A DNA stretch of 64,000 nt from Octopus vulgaris (GCA_951406725.2 OX597820.1:8246001-8310000); one strand, 5' to 3'; positions 25,669 through 38,425 are shown, counted from the first letter of the stretch. Notes: generated from the sequence alone by a model not told the origin. Numbers and translations: made by a program.

Positions 25669-25997
25669 TCTTTATATATAAAAGTGAAGTTGTGTGTCTG
25701 TCTCCTACGATTTAGATTCCTAACTACTCCCACATTTTGCGGTGCAGTTTAACCAAAACCGGGTATCTTATAGTCGTGATTCATATCAAGCCCTTCTGGG
25801 TATTAGCGCGTGTCTACGATGAGTCTACGATTTAAAAAAAATTTACCATCATTTTTTTCCATTTTAATGCATTTTTTTCGCTATTATATAAGGGAAGTAA
25901 CTCTCTAAAAATCTCTACGATGAGTCAACGATTTAAAAAAAATGCTTATATAGTTATTTCCCTTACAAACCCGAGCAATGCCGGGTGATACTGCTAG
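25669..25997 (+). mobile_element. Non-autonomous Helitron
   Basis: 5' TC, subterminal hairpin CCCGAGCAATGCCGGG, 3' CTAG; located in (TA)n. Confidence 0.82.
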
Positions 25998-25998
25998 A

Positions 25999-26081
<83 letters not shown>

Positions 26082-26138
26082 TGCATATACCCCTTACACA
26101 CAGATGCAGTAGGTATAAGAATTCATGAAAATATTATT

Positions 26139-26367
26139 CTAACCCTTTAGTGTTCAAATTACTCTGTTAAATGTAATACTTTTTCACTCAAATTGTTTCA
26201 AATTAATCCTGGATTATCTTACAGCTTTGAGGTTTCAATGATGTGATTGTTTATTTTTAGAATGGCATTGTAGGTTAGGTATGAGAGGCTAGATATCGCC
26301 AGTTTGAATATAAAACATGTAGAATATATTGGACGGGATTTGGCCAGTTTAAACACTAAAGGGCTAA
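26139..26367. mobile_element. piggyBac-type MITE, second family, CTAA TSD
   Basis: CTAA|CCCTTTAGTGTTCAAA ... TTTAAACACTAAAGGG|CTAA. Confidence 0.78.
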
Positions 26368-26792
26368 AATACATTTCCAGAACAGAACCATATTTTCTCT
26401 TTGAGTTCTATCTTCACTGAACTCTGAGAACCATTACAAATGCTGCATTCAACAATTTTTCTCAAAGCTATACCACACACACACACACACTGAGTAATAT
26501 ACACATATACATACAATCACATAGAGATTCCTGCCTAACAGCTTAACCATACTGTTGCTAATAACATCAAAAGCAAGCGAAACAGAGTTCATTTAACAAG
26601 AGATCTCTCATAACATCACCTGAGGAGACACTTCTACATGAAGGGATGCAGCACAAACAGTTGTACAGTATCCTACCTGTGAGAGATCAATTGCAGGAGG
26701 CATCAAAACGACCGTTGTGAGCAAAAAATCTTCTCATGTATTCCATTTTCCACCACTATCATTTGTTAAATATATATATAATAAATAATATT

Positions 26793-27195
26793 AGGAGTGG
26801 CTGTGTGGTAAGTAGCTTGCTAACCAACCACATGGTTCTGGGTTCAGTCCCACTGCGTGGCATCTTGGGCAAGTGTCTTCTGCTATAGCCCCAGGCCGAC
26901 CAATGCCTTGTGAGTGGATTTGGTAGACGGAAACTGAAAGAAGCCTGTCATATATATGTATATATATATGTATGTGTGTGTGTTTGTATGTCTGTGTTTG
27001 TCCCCCTAGCATTGCTTGACAACCGATGCTGGTGTGTTTACGTCCCCATCACTTAGCGGTTTGGCAAAAAGAGACCGATAGAATAAGTACTGGGCTTACA
27101 AAAAAAAAAGAAGTCCCGGGGTTGATTTGCTCGACTAAAGGCGGTGCTCCAGCATGGCCGTAGTCAAATGACTGAAACAAATAAAAGAGTAAAGA
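26793..27195 (+). mobile_element. tRNA-headed CORE-type SINE family C
   Basis: A-box TGGCTGTGTGG, B-box GGTTCAGTCCC, CORE-like CTTGGGCAAGT, internal (TA)/(TG) microsatellite, GTAAAAGA-type tail. Confidence 0.88.
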
Positions 27196-27630
27196 GGGTA
27201 ATAAGAGTTATAGAAATTATTATGAAATTAGTATGATAGGTACAGGTGTGTTGCTACAGAAGGGACACCTGATTGCCCCCTACATTATATAAGGATAGGT
27301 AAGAGGAACTGGAAAGACAAAGATGTTGGTGACAAGGCGTCGGAGCATATTCTTAAAGTATCTAGCCTCTTCTTCCTGGTTAAAGCCACCTCCCTCTTAA
27401 CCTTTGACCTCAGAAAATCAAGGTCTTGCAAATTACTTGGTGACCTCATTAGTGCTGGTGCCACAGTAAAAAAGCACTCGCTACACTCTGGGAAGTGGTG
27501 GGCATTAGGAAGGGCATCTAGCCTTAGAAACCATGCAAAAGCAAATGCGATCCCTCAGCTCATCGGATCTTGTCAAAAAATCCAGCCCATCCTACCTTAA
27601 AAGAGAGACATTAAATGATGATGATTATGC

Positions 27631-28085
27631 AGGAGTGGCTGTGTGGTAAGTAGCTTGCTTACCAACCACATGGTTCCGGGTTCAGTCCTACTGCGTGGCA
27701 CCTTGGGCAAGTGTCTTCTACTATAGCCTTAGGCCCACCAAAGCCTTGTGAGTGTATTTGGTAGACGGAAACTGAAAGAAGCCTGTCGTAGATGTGTATA
27801 TATATATGTATATGTATGTAGATATATATATATATATATATATATATGAGTGTGTGAGTGTGTGTGTGTGTGTATGTATGTGTATATGTTTGTGTGTCTG
27901 TGTTTGTCCCCCCAACATCACTTGACAACCGATGGTGGTGTGTTTAGGTCCTTGTAACTTAGTGGTTCGGCAAAAGAGACTCGATAGAATAAGTACAAAG
28001 AATAAGTCCTGGGGTCGATTTGCTCGACTAAAAAGGCGGTGCTCCAGCATGGCCACAGTCAAATGACTGAAAAGAGTAAAAGAGT
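27631..28085 (+). mobile_element. SINE family C
   Basis: Full-length match to 26793-27195. Confidence 0.88.
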
Positions 28086-29059
28086 ATGTACGTACACACA
28101 CACACACTTGATAGATATTTCGCAGTGTCCTTCTCCCAAAATTTCATTCACAAATCATTGGTTGCTTGATGTTGTAATAGGAGGCACTTACCCAAGGTGC
28201 CGTGCCATGGGATTGAACTCAGAAAACATGCAGCTGAAAAGTGATATTTAACCACCCTGGACAAACCCTGTTGTTTTGCTCTGCCCCCACCTTCAGTTTC
28301 AGTCAGACACTCTGTAGTTTCCTAAGACACACCCAACACACATTAACCAGCGACAGAATCAAAACAAGATGTACCCTGGCGGGGTATTTCAAACAGCAAT
28401 TAACCAGTCGGGTGTCAGCCGAGGTATGCGAGTTAACACTGATGTCAGAGCTATCCACCGTTAACTCAATAGGCTAGCAGCATTTGGAATTGGTTTCAGA
28501 TGGGAACAGAGATGCTGAAACAATGATGTCATAGCTATCCACCCTTAATTAGTGACTAGGGTACTTAGAATTGTTCTGCTCTTCCTCATCTCTTCTCATT
28601 GTTGCAGATAATTAAAACATCACCACCTCTTCTAATATTACGAATACGACACTGCCATCACCACCACCACCACCACCACCACCACCACTACTACTACTAG
28701 AACCAGTACTTATAGCAGGAGATGGGTAGGGTTAGTCCATTGTAATATGGATGAGGGTAAGGTGAAAAGGTTAACTGAATCACCATCAAAAAGATGTGAT
28801 TACGCAATGTATTTATTAGTCATGTGTGTGTGTGTGTGTGTGTATAAAAAAATTATCTACACACATACAGGCATAAATAAAAGTATAGACAAAGTAATAT
28901 ATACACACACTTAAATACATGCATAAATACACACATTTAGTACTACATGTAATATATACAAGTAGACATGTGCCAACGTGTGTATATACATATTATCTAC
29001 CTCTGTGTGTGTGTACACACACACAAGTACACATGTACATACTCACACATACATACTCT

Positions 29060-29727
29060 CAGAGAGTCCTTAAAAAGTGTATGCACCCTTAAATTTCTGT
29101 TTTGATAAAACCCATTTGAATTAAAGAAGTGAGCCAGATTAAGCTTTGAGCAAAGGAAATTGACCCTAACTTGCTTCTCTGGAAGTCTGAAAATGCAATT
29201 AAAGTGCAAAGACAGTTTAGGAGGGAGTTTCAAACAGATCTGCCGTGGTTTACCATTATTTGAACAAGAAATTAGTTTGAAGCAGCACAATGTCCACAAG
29301 AAATGTTCCAAATGACCCTGGACATCAAAGCTCCCACTCCCAAAGCAAGAAAAGGGCCTATCTTGAAGAGGTGGATTGGACGAAGTAGAATCAACTCCAC
29401 ATTCACTGGACCGCATACCAATAGTCTCTTTTATGAGGATACTAAAATGATAAAGTTTAGGGTACAAAACTGGAAGCAGTCATCGAATTAAGGGCAGCCA
29501 CTGAATGTGCACAAATTCTGAACAAAATGTGTCCTTGATGTCTGTGATACCATTGTTTCCCATTATCTGTAGTCCCTGGACCAGAACGGTCATCAGTTTG
29601 AAAAGAGGCATTCTTGAAAACATTAAATTCTGTCTGTAGATTCTATTAAACTTTGAAAATGAAATGCAATTTAATGAACACTGACTTCATAATCATTCAA
29701 TGGTGTGAAGACATTTTCTTGGGACAT
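29060..29727 (+). mobile_element. Internally deleted, decayed Tc1/mariner-superfamily element
   Basis: Degenerate TIRs (CAGAGAGTCCTTAAAAAGTGTATGCAC / GTGTGAAGACATTTTCTTGGGACATC). Remnant peptides FWKSENAIKVQRQFRREF (HTH) and RWIGR. Confidence 0.65.
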
Positions 29728-30074
29728 CATCATCATCATCGTTTAACATTTGCTTTTGATGCTGGCATCGGTTGACTGGTTTGTCAGAAGCTGGAAAGTC
29801 AGAAGACAGTACCAAGCTCTACTGCCTGCCTTGATATGGTCTTATGGTTTCCATGGCTGGATGCTCTTCCTCACACACACACACACACACACAGATAGGG
29901 TGCATGAGGTATATCTACGCACATCATATACACACATTATCTATGATGCTAATGAAGGATTAAACCTTTAAAAGGAAATGATGATGATGATGTCTTATTA
30001 GTGTGTGTGTGTATATTTCTATAGATGTATGTGTGTCTGAGTTAAGTTTCCAGTTTTAAAGGTTACTGAAATTA

Positions 30075-32111
30075 AACTTTATATTTGGATATGGCATTTA
30101 ATGAACCCAAACATTATTATCCTTTACTCTGTGGGACCAATTCCATATTCTTTATGAGAGGCTGTTATTATTGCACACAACTTATCAACCGTCGACATAT
30201 CTGATGTCAAACTTCTGTCATATTGGATAGGACTTCTCTATACTCAACTGTTGACCTGTCTGATGTCAAAGTTCTGCCATATCAAGTTTTCTAGTCAAAA
30301 CTTAATGTACAAAAGGGATTTTTGGAAACTCCATTTGAAACCACATCAACTCTTATGAACCCTTCCTGTCTCTTTAACATCTGACAAGGCAGTGAGTCAG
30401 GGATTAGGGTTTTTCTTCCTCATCACTTACAATTCAAATGTCCAACTGGGGTCATTGTCTTCTCAATTGAATGGAATGAAAGACTATTTCTATTTGCAAA
30501 GATTTTGGTAAAACCTTCGGTGAATCTGGGATGAGGGGTGGGGGTTGCTTGGTGAGCATAATACAAAGGAAATGTAGTGGATCCAATTCCAGAAAATAAG
30601 GGTAACCAAGCATGAGGGTGATGGTCTTGGTGATGATGGAGATGGTAGAGCTGCTACCAGACAGTATTGGTAGCCTTTTGTACATTGCAAAACTGGACAG
30701 TATATATATATGTATATTTATATATGTATACAATTTGTCATGTGTGTGTCTATATTTAAGTGTGTCGGAAAACGAGAGTGAAAGGAATTGCAACAGGCAT
30801 GTTCATCTCCAGTCTCGAGCTAATCGACTTTTTCGTTTTCCACATGAAACGGAAAATAAGGCTGGAGAAGAAATGCCTGTCGCAAAGTGTGTTTCATAAA
30901 AGATGGAAGTCTATAGCAAGTATTTTGTGAGTGAAAGAACTTGTTTAAAAGAGAATGTAAAAAAGGAGAAAGCAAAGTCTTCAGTGTGAGTCTGTGGTTT
31001 GTGGGGTCGACCACGTCCTCCGCTTCATTTTTTGTAAATCACTCATTCTCATTTAATTGTATATATTTTAATTGTTTGTTTATTCATACATTTCGTCTCA
31101 TTCGATACCCTGACCCTAACGTTTATTTTGTCTGTCCCCGTATCGTCCCCTCTTTTTCTCAACCTTATAGTGAATAAAGAATTTTTCTCTCTCTCTCTCT
31201 CACTAACTAAGCATGGAGACGTGGACATAAAACTGATGATAATGATATTGATGATGATGATTAAAAGAAAATATGTCTTTATTTGGAATAAATATTTTGG
31301 AGGGACACCAAGTTAGGAGGGTTGTGTGTTAAGCAGTTGAATCCCATTTTCATGTGAAAAGGGGACATGTTTTGATTGAATTTCTTGAGGGCTTCATCTT
31401 TTGTGAGGGTCTTTGTCTGATGTTGTGGTTATGAAACCCCAACCCCTCCCGTGACTATTTGCATTTCTTTCTCTTCATTGATATTGTTGGATCAAGCTGG
31501 GCGTGTCACTTTAGTGCTCACACACACACACACACATACATGCGCACACACACACACATACACGCGCACACACACATACACGCGCATGCACACATGCACA
31601 CAAATACACACACACATAAACAGAGGTTAGACATGTAACCTGTTTCAACCAATCTAAGCCCTCCACTGTTACCCAGGCCCCGGTAAATGGAGATTTATCA
31701 TTTTGAATTGATTTTCATTTCATTTTTCATTTCATCTGGTTTCAGCTCCCGAGCTATGGCCATGCTGAAACCCTAATCCCAGACTCACTGCCTTGTCAGA
31801 TGCTAAAGAGACAGGAAGGGTTCATAAGAGTTGATGGAGATGTGGTTTCAAATGGAGTTTCCAAAAATCCCTTTTGTACATTAAGTTTTGACTAGAAAAC
31901 TTGATATGACAGAACTTTGACATCAGACAGGTCAACAGCTGAATATAGAGAAGTCCAATCCAATATGACAGAAGTTTGACATCAGATATGTCGACAGTTG
32001 ATAAGTTGTGTGCAATAATAACAGCCTCCCATAAAGAATATGGAATTGGTCCCACAGAATAAAGGATAGCAATGTTTGGGTTCATTAAATGCCTTATCCA
32101 AATATAAAGTT
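30075..32111. repeat. Long inverted repeat: ~340-bp arms at 30075-30412 and 31768-32111
   Basis: Arms are near-perfect reverse complements (AACTTTATATTTGGAT ... ATCCAAATATAAAGTT). Spacer about 1.35 kb; no TSD seen. Confidence 0.92.
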
Positions 32112-32176
32112 GAGAAACAGAATGGCTGGAGAGCAGAGATCCATGGTTCAAGTTCAGTTCTCAGCTCAACGAAATA

Positions 32177-33449
32177 CAAGGGGTGTATGAAAGGTTTTGA
32201 GCCTAACCTAGAAATGGGGCTGAAACAATTTTTTCTGGTAAGTACAGTCTTTTTGGAGTATTCTTGCTCATTTTCATGATTCTGATATTTTAATGTTTTT
32301 TTGGTTGCAGATTTTTGAATAAACAAGTGTCGAGGCTACAAGGAAAATGGAGAAAACTGAGTACCGTGCTGTCATAAAGTATCTTCATTTGAAAGGCATG
32401 ACTCCATCAGATATCCATGAAGATATGGTGAGAAGCTTAACAGACAATGCTCCTTCATATGCAACAGTCAAACGCTGGGTAAATGAATTCCAGCGTGGCA
32501 GGGAAAGTGTGGAAGATGATCCCAGACAAGAGAAACCTCCAACTGCAACCACTGAGGACAACCTTGGCATTGCTTTTGGTATGATAAGGCAAGATCGCCG
32601 AATATCATGTCACCAGATAGCCAAGAGACTGTGCATCTGAACTGAAAGAGCAGACAACATTGTGGACAAAAGAACTTGGGTTCTTAAAGGTTTCCACAAG
32701 GTGGATTCCTCACGCTTTGACTCCTGAGCAGAAACACACCAGGTGCACTTTGTCAACAAGTAATCTGGAACTGTTTGAAGCCGATGAAGAGAATTTTCTT
32801 GCATGTTTTATCACTATGAACGAAATTTGGGCTCTTCACCACAAGCCTGAAACCAAAGAACAATCAAAGCAGTGGAAGCACATATCTTCGCCTACCCCAA
32901 AGAAGGTCAGGGTCATTCCTTCAGCTGGCAAGGTCATGGCATCTGTTTTTTGGGGATTCTCAACGTGCCTTGCTGATCAATTACCTTGCAAAGGGTCACA
33001 CCATGACAGGGCTGTATTATTCTCAGCTACTGAAACGCCTCCAAGAAGCAATCAAAGAAAAAAGGCTGGGAGTCCTTTTTCATCACGACAATGCTCCAGC
33101 CCACACCTCAGTGGTTCCCATGGCAATAGTTCGTGATTGTGGATATGAACTTGTTCCCCATCTGCCTTATTCGCCAGACTTAGCCCCCTCTGACTTTCAT
33201 CTATTCCCAAAAATGAAAAAAGCCCTGGCTGGTCGCCATTTTGCCAGTGACAATGACGTCATAGACGCTGTAGGAAGTTTCTTGGAGTCTCAAACAAAAG
33301 AGTTCTTCTACGCTGGGATAATGGCACTTCAGCACCGCTGGAGAAAGTGTTCAGCCATCGAGGGTGACAATGTTGAAAATTAAATCATCAGAAGTCTTGT
33401 ATCAGGTTTTGTTTTTTTTTGAGGCTCAACACTTTTCATACACCCCTTG
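32177..33449 (+). mobile_element. Full-length mariner transposon (1273 bp), defective
   Basis: TA|CAAGGGGTGTATGAAAGGTTTTGAGCCT ... AGGCTCAACACTTTTCATACACCCCTTG|TA: TIRs with TA TSD. Confidence 0.96.
32347..33383 (+). pseudogene. Mariner DDD transposase, disrupted
   Basis: MEKTEYRAVIKYL start, WIPHAL, HHDNA, YSPDLAPSDFHLF. Stop at 32638-32640, frameshift near 32950, first catalytic Asp reads Asn (ITMNEIW). Confidence 0.94.
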
Positions 33450-33554
33450 TATTCATTCAGACAAGATACACACACACTCAGATATTATATACAAGTACTT
33501 TATGCTTTATGTGTAACGTATTAGTCTTACAAACATATACATACATTCATATAA

Positions 33555-33772
33555 GGCGGCGAGCTGGCAGAAACGTTAGCACGCCGGGTGAAATGCATAG
33601 CCATATTTCGTCTGCAGTTATGTTCTGGGTTCAAATTCCGCCGAGGTCGACTTTGCCTTTCATCCTTTCGGGGTCGATGAATTAAGTACCAGTTACGCAC
33701 TGGGGTCGATGTAATCGACTTAATCCGTTTGTCTGTCCTTGTTTGTCCCCTCTATGTGGGTAGTAAAGAAAT
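33555..33772 (+). mobile_element. SINE family B
   Basis: Match to 2967-3197. Confidence 0.87.
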
Positions 33773-34286
33773 ATATACATACATTCATACACACAAGCAA
33801 GCAAGCATATACACATACATATATAAATGTGTGTGTGAACATACATATACATACATATATACATAACATGTATGCCAATATATACATTATATATACATTT
33901 ACTTCAATAAAGCAATGGGTTTTTTTTTATGTGTTATATGAAATTCTGTTAAATCAACACCACCACCCACACAACACACCACTACCACCACAACACCACT
34001 GGTAGCCATTCATCACAAACATATTTCCACAACCACCACCATTACAACTACATAACAGGCCCACATCCATACATCACCATCTTACCACCACCATCCTACC
34101 AACATCGACACCACCACCACCACCATCCCATCCTAACACCTCTTCACCTTCCCTCCACCCACCCCACCACTAACAGCTATTCACCGCTATCACTTGGTAC
34201 TCGGTACTGCACAAAAGCTCCATTGAAATTCTGCAAAAACATCAATACACATAGACACATCTGGAATATATGTTAGTGTGTGTGTT

Positions 34287-34326
<40 letters not shown>

Positions 34327-34660
34327 GCCAGTTGTATTTCTGTTATTTGTTCTGCCAAACATACAATACATACATACCATCATCATCATCATCATCATCA
34401 TCATGTTAGCCATCCACTGTTGCACACTTACAGAAGTCAGATAGAATTTACTGAGGAATTCTTATGGCTGGATGCCTCTCCTGTCACCAACCAACCCCCC
34501 TCACCACATGTTTCCAAGGTAATATTTCCCCAAAGCCAAACATCTTTTCACAGAAGATTGGACACAAATGGCACTGCTTGTATGACAGGGACATTCCTTT
34601 ACAACTACTATACAATGTCAAAGCAAAGAGTGAGAGAGAGAGACACACACACACACACGT

Positions 34661-34892
34661 TTATTTCTTTATTGCCCACAAGGGGCTAAACACAGAGAGG
34701 ACAAACAAGGACAGACAAACGGATTAAGTCGATTACAGCGACCCCAGTGCATAACTGGTACTTATTTAATCGACCCCGAAAGGATGAAAGCAAAGTCGAC
34801 CTCGGCAAAATTTGAACCCAGAACGTAACGGCAGACGAAATACCGCTTAGCATTTTGCCCGGCATGCAAGCGATTCTGCCAGCTCTCCGCCT
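34661..34892 (-). mobile_element. SINE family B with TSD
   Basis: (CA)nCGTT duplicated on both flanks. Confidence 0.87.
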
Positions 34893-35860
34893 TCACACAC
34901 ACACACGTTACCATATGACCAGAATGGTGCTGCTTCTTATTTGTGACCTTTACTTCTTCTTCTTCTTTTAAGAATTGTCTGATCAGGACAATTTCTTGCT
35001 AAAAGACCAACAACAACTGACCATCAACTGCTGGTCAGTGGAGAGACTGAAGGCCAGTCCAGGCTGCAACACCAAATACATTTGACCACTGGGTAGAGAA
35101 GTATGCAGCATGTTGCTCCAGTATGGGCCAACAGATGGTAATGGTGGTATATTAGATCTCTGCTGGTTGTAGGGTAGACTGCCCCCACTTCCAGAGGAGC
35201 ACTGGACGAGGGTCTTCTCCCACCTCACCACCATTAAATGTAACATGAGCAATGTTATTATCTTTGCTAATGTCGCCCTGACCACCACCACCACTGCCTT
35301 TGCCATAGCCATTACTTCAATCAACATCACTCACACCACTACCACTATCACTAGTGTCCCCTCCACCACCCACCACCACCAGTATCATCACCATGGCCTC
35401 CTCCACCACCACCACCAAATACCCTCATCATCACTACAACCACTACCATCATCATCACCAACAAGAAGATCACTACCACCATCACCCCTAATAACCCCAA
35501 TACTGTTATTGCCACCTTCACCGCCTCAACATCACTACCACCACCACCCTGGCCCACCACCACCACCCTGGCCCACCACCACCACCCTGGCCCACCACCA
35601 CAGACAGAGAGCTGCAACAGAAACCCACATGATTCCTATTTCCTGGTGATATTTACTGTGGTATTAAAGAATCCTGGTAATTAACGGTTATATCATGTGA
35701 CTGTCTAACGAAGGTTATTAAAGATGTGATGGGTAATTAAGCAAGTCATCCAAACACCACCCCCACCACCAACCCAACTTCCTGACACAAAAATCCCAGT
35801 TAACCCTTGGCTGTGTCCCTTCCCTCTCACTACTCTACAGCTACTACAACAGCAAGTGCT

Positions 35861-36250
35861 GTGGAGGCGCAATGGCCCAGTGGTTAGGGCAGCGGACTCG
35901 CAGTCAGAGGATCGCAGTTTCGATTCCCAGACCGGACATTGTGTGTGTTTATTGAGCAAAAACACCTAAAGCTCCACGAGGCTCTGGCAGGGGGTGGTGG
36001 CAACCCCTGTTGTACTCTTTCACCCCAACTTTCTCTCACTCTTTCTTCCTGTTTCTTGTCCCCGACTTCCTATGCAACCGCTGAGCCTGGATGCGCATTC
36101 ATCCATCCGTCGATGCTCTCGGTGTCAGGGGTTGACCTGCTTTCTCTTCTGCGGGTCTTACGAATAGCAAAGGACCACGTTTCGCACTTCTCCCACCTTG
36201 CGAGCTCTGGGACGAAGACCGCCTCACTCAACAAACAAAGAAACAAACAA
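35861..36250 (+). mobile_element. SINE with family-D head, distinct GC-rich 3' module and (CAAA)n tail
   Basis: A-box TGGCCCAGTGG, B-box GTTTCGATTCC; 13-bp TSD AACAGCAA(G/C)TGCT. Confidence 0.82.
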
Positions 36251-36708
36251 ACAGCAACTGCTTCATTCAACCAGTTGAGTTTTATGTCCCCCCACGACAA
36301 CAACTTGATGTCAGAAACCAATGGAAACAGCTCTGAGGACACTCTTTCTGGTAGAAAGAGCAGTCAAATCTTCCTTCAATCACACAATACTGTCTTTGAA
36401 AAGAAGAACATACAGGATAATGTGACTTGAGGCAGTTTATGTCTGTGGTTTGTGGCAATTGTCATCCACTGGGGGGGGGGCGATTAAGCGTGAAAGGAAA
36501 TGATTAAAAATGGTCCAGTACTTTCTTTATTATGCAGAATATATTGAAAAATAAGACTAGATGCTGATTATGATGATGATGACAATGATGATAAGGACAA
36601 TAATGATTGTGGTGATGATGTTGATAATAACAATAAAGATGATGATGATGGTGGTGGTGGTGGTGGTGGTGGTGCTAATAACGATATTCTAGAAGACAGG
36701 AAGTCTAC

Positions 36709-36780
36709 ACTGACCTTGATGAAGATTGCTAGAGTGTTCCCAGCATGCATCACTTACCTGGAAAGAAAAAAAAAAAGAAG
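36709..36780 (-). other. Candidate recursive splice site with 43-nt RS-exon
   Basis: Minus strand: CTTCTTTTTTTTTTTCTTTCCAG|GTAAGT at 36758/36757, then a second donor AAG|GTCAGT at 36715/36714. Confidence 0.55.
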
Positions 36781-36897
36781 GTAACATATGGTAATCAACG
36801 ATGGTATCAAAAGAGGAAATGGTGGAGAATAACAGCAAGAGACCATTCCAGAATAATAAGAGAATATTCTGGAATATTAAACAAGATGGCAACATAC

Positions 36898-36937
<40 letters not shown>

Positions 36938-37309
36938 GGCCATACTAAGAGTTAATTTCTCTTATCAAACGGGTTAATATTTCAACAAGTTGTGTCGACG
37001 CCCATCTACTAGAAGAACGGTAGTTCCACAAAGGAAGGATTATCTGCTAGTCTGGTTACAGTGGCTTAATCTATTACAGCCTAAGTATACCCTACCACAT
37101 TACTAGAAACCACAACAAAGTCACTCAATCTGTGATCCTGGAAGTAAACTGGCAAACAAAATACAATTGGATGGCCACAGTTGGAACATCTTGATGATAG
37201 ATACAGGTGAGATTAATCAAAGAAATACCTAAGTAAATCTGGGACAGAATGCAGATAACTGTTTCTTAGCCTCCCCTGGACCCTGTGCCGGTGGCACATA
37301 AAAAGCACC

Positions 37310-38048
37310 ACTTGACCAGGAGCTGAACAGGAGAATCGGGTTAGCAGCTTTGACCTTCGCCAAACTAGCTCAAAAAGTGTGGTTAAACGGCAAGCAGATG
37401 AGATCCAACAAATTCACAGTCTATAAAGCATGCGTCCTCAGTACCTTGCTACACGGTGGTGAGGCCTGGTGCCTTTACGCCAGACAAGAGCGCCTTTCCA
37501 TCTGCGCTGCCTTTGGAGTATTCTTGGGGTCAAGTGGAACAACTGTATCACCAGCAACGAGATACTCACCCGTTCCCAGCTATTAACTACTGTCACGTTA
37601 CTGCGGCAACACCGTCTCCACTGACCGGGACACGTGTACTGGATGCCTGATGGGAGGTTACTGAAAGATATACTGTATGGGGAGATAGCCTCCAGTAGAC
37701 GTGCTCGCGGATGACCACATCTCCATTTCAAGGACGTGTGCAAACGTGACATGAAGCCCAGGAGTATGAATACCAAAACCTGGGAGAACATGGCAAAAGA
37801 CCGTTCTTGCTGGAGGCAGGCGTTGAATACCACCTTGAAGGAAGGAAGAAGATCACAAACATGAGACAGCAGAGGACAGATGGTGACGCAGGAAGAACGA
37901 ATCGACAACAAATGACCGAACACATTTGCGACTGTTGCAGCCGTGACTGTTACTCACGCACTGGCCTTATCAGTCACAGGCAATGCTGCAACACCAATCC
38001 AATCTAAGGTGCAGATCCATAGTCTTTCGAGACTAACAGATGCCAATC
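37310..38048 (+). pseudogene. 3' part of an RTE/BovB-type LINE with C-terminal zinc finger
   Basis: VYKACVLSTLLHGGEAW, MPDGRLLKDILYGE, FKDVCKRDMK, CDCCSRDCYSRTGLISH; frameshifted. Confidence 0.85.
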
Positions 38049-38357
38049 ATTATCATCATCGTTTAACGTCCGTTTTCCATGCTGGCATGGGTTGGACGGT
38101 TTGACTGGGGTCTGGGAAGCCAGGAGGCTGCACCCGGCTCCAGTCTGATCTGGCAGTGTTTCTACAGCTGGATGCCCTTCCTAACACCAACCACTCCAAG
38201 AGTGTAGTGGGTGCTTTTTACGTGCCACCAGTACAGGTGCCAGGGGTGGCTGGCAACGTCCATGATCAGTTGGTGCTTTTTACATGCCACTGGTACGGAA
38301 GCCAGTCAAGGCGGCGCTAGCATCGACCACATACGGATGGTGCTTGTTTAGGTGCCA

Positions 38358-38360
<3 letters not shown>
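38047..38360 (-). mobile_element. RTE-tail repeat
   Basis: Reverse complement of the LINE 3' UTR. Further minus copies at about 40158-40425, 42735-42911, 48627-49000, 49855-50270 and 54087-54400. Confidence 0.85.

Positions 38361-38425
<65 letters not shown>

Noticed and set aside
26672-26700. Second possible minus-strand AG|GT site (CTCTCACAG|GTAGGA)
   Set aside because: Weak pyrimidine tract and donor; not distinguishable from background.
26793-26870. tRNA-like A/B boxes (also 2967, 35861 and 60272)
   Set aside because: SINE heads running into SINE bodies; no complete cloverleaf or terminator.
30761-31510. Possible solo LTR
   Set aside because: No matching TG...CA ends with a TSD could be fixed; mentioned only as a possibility.
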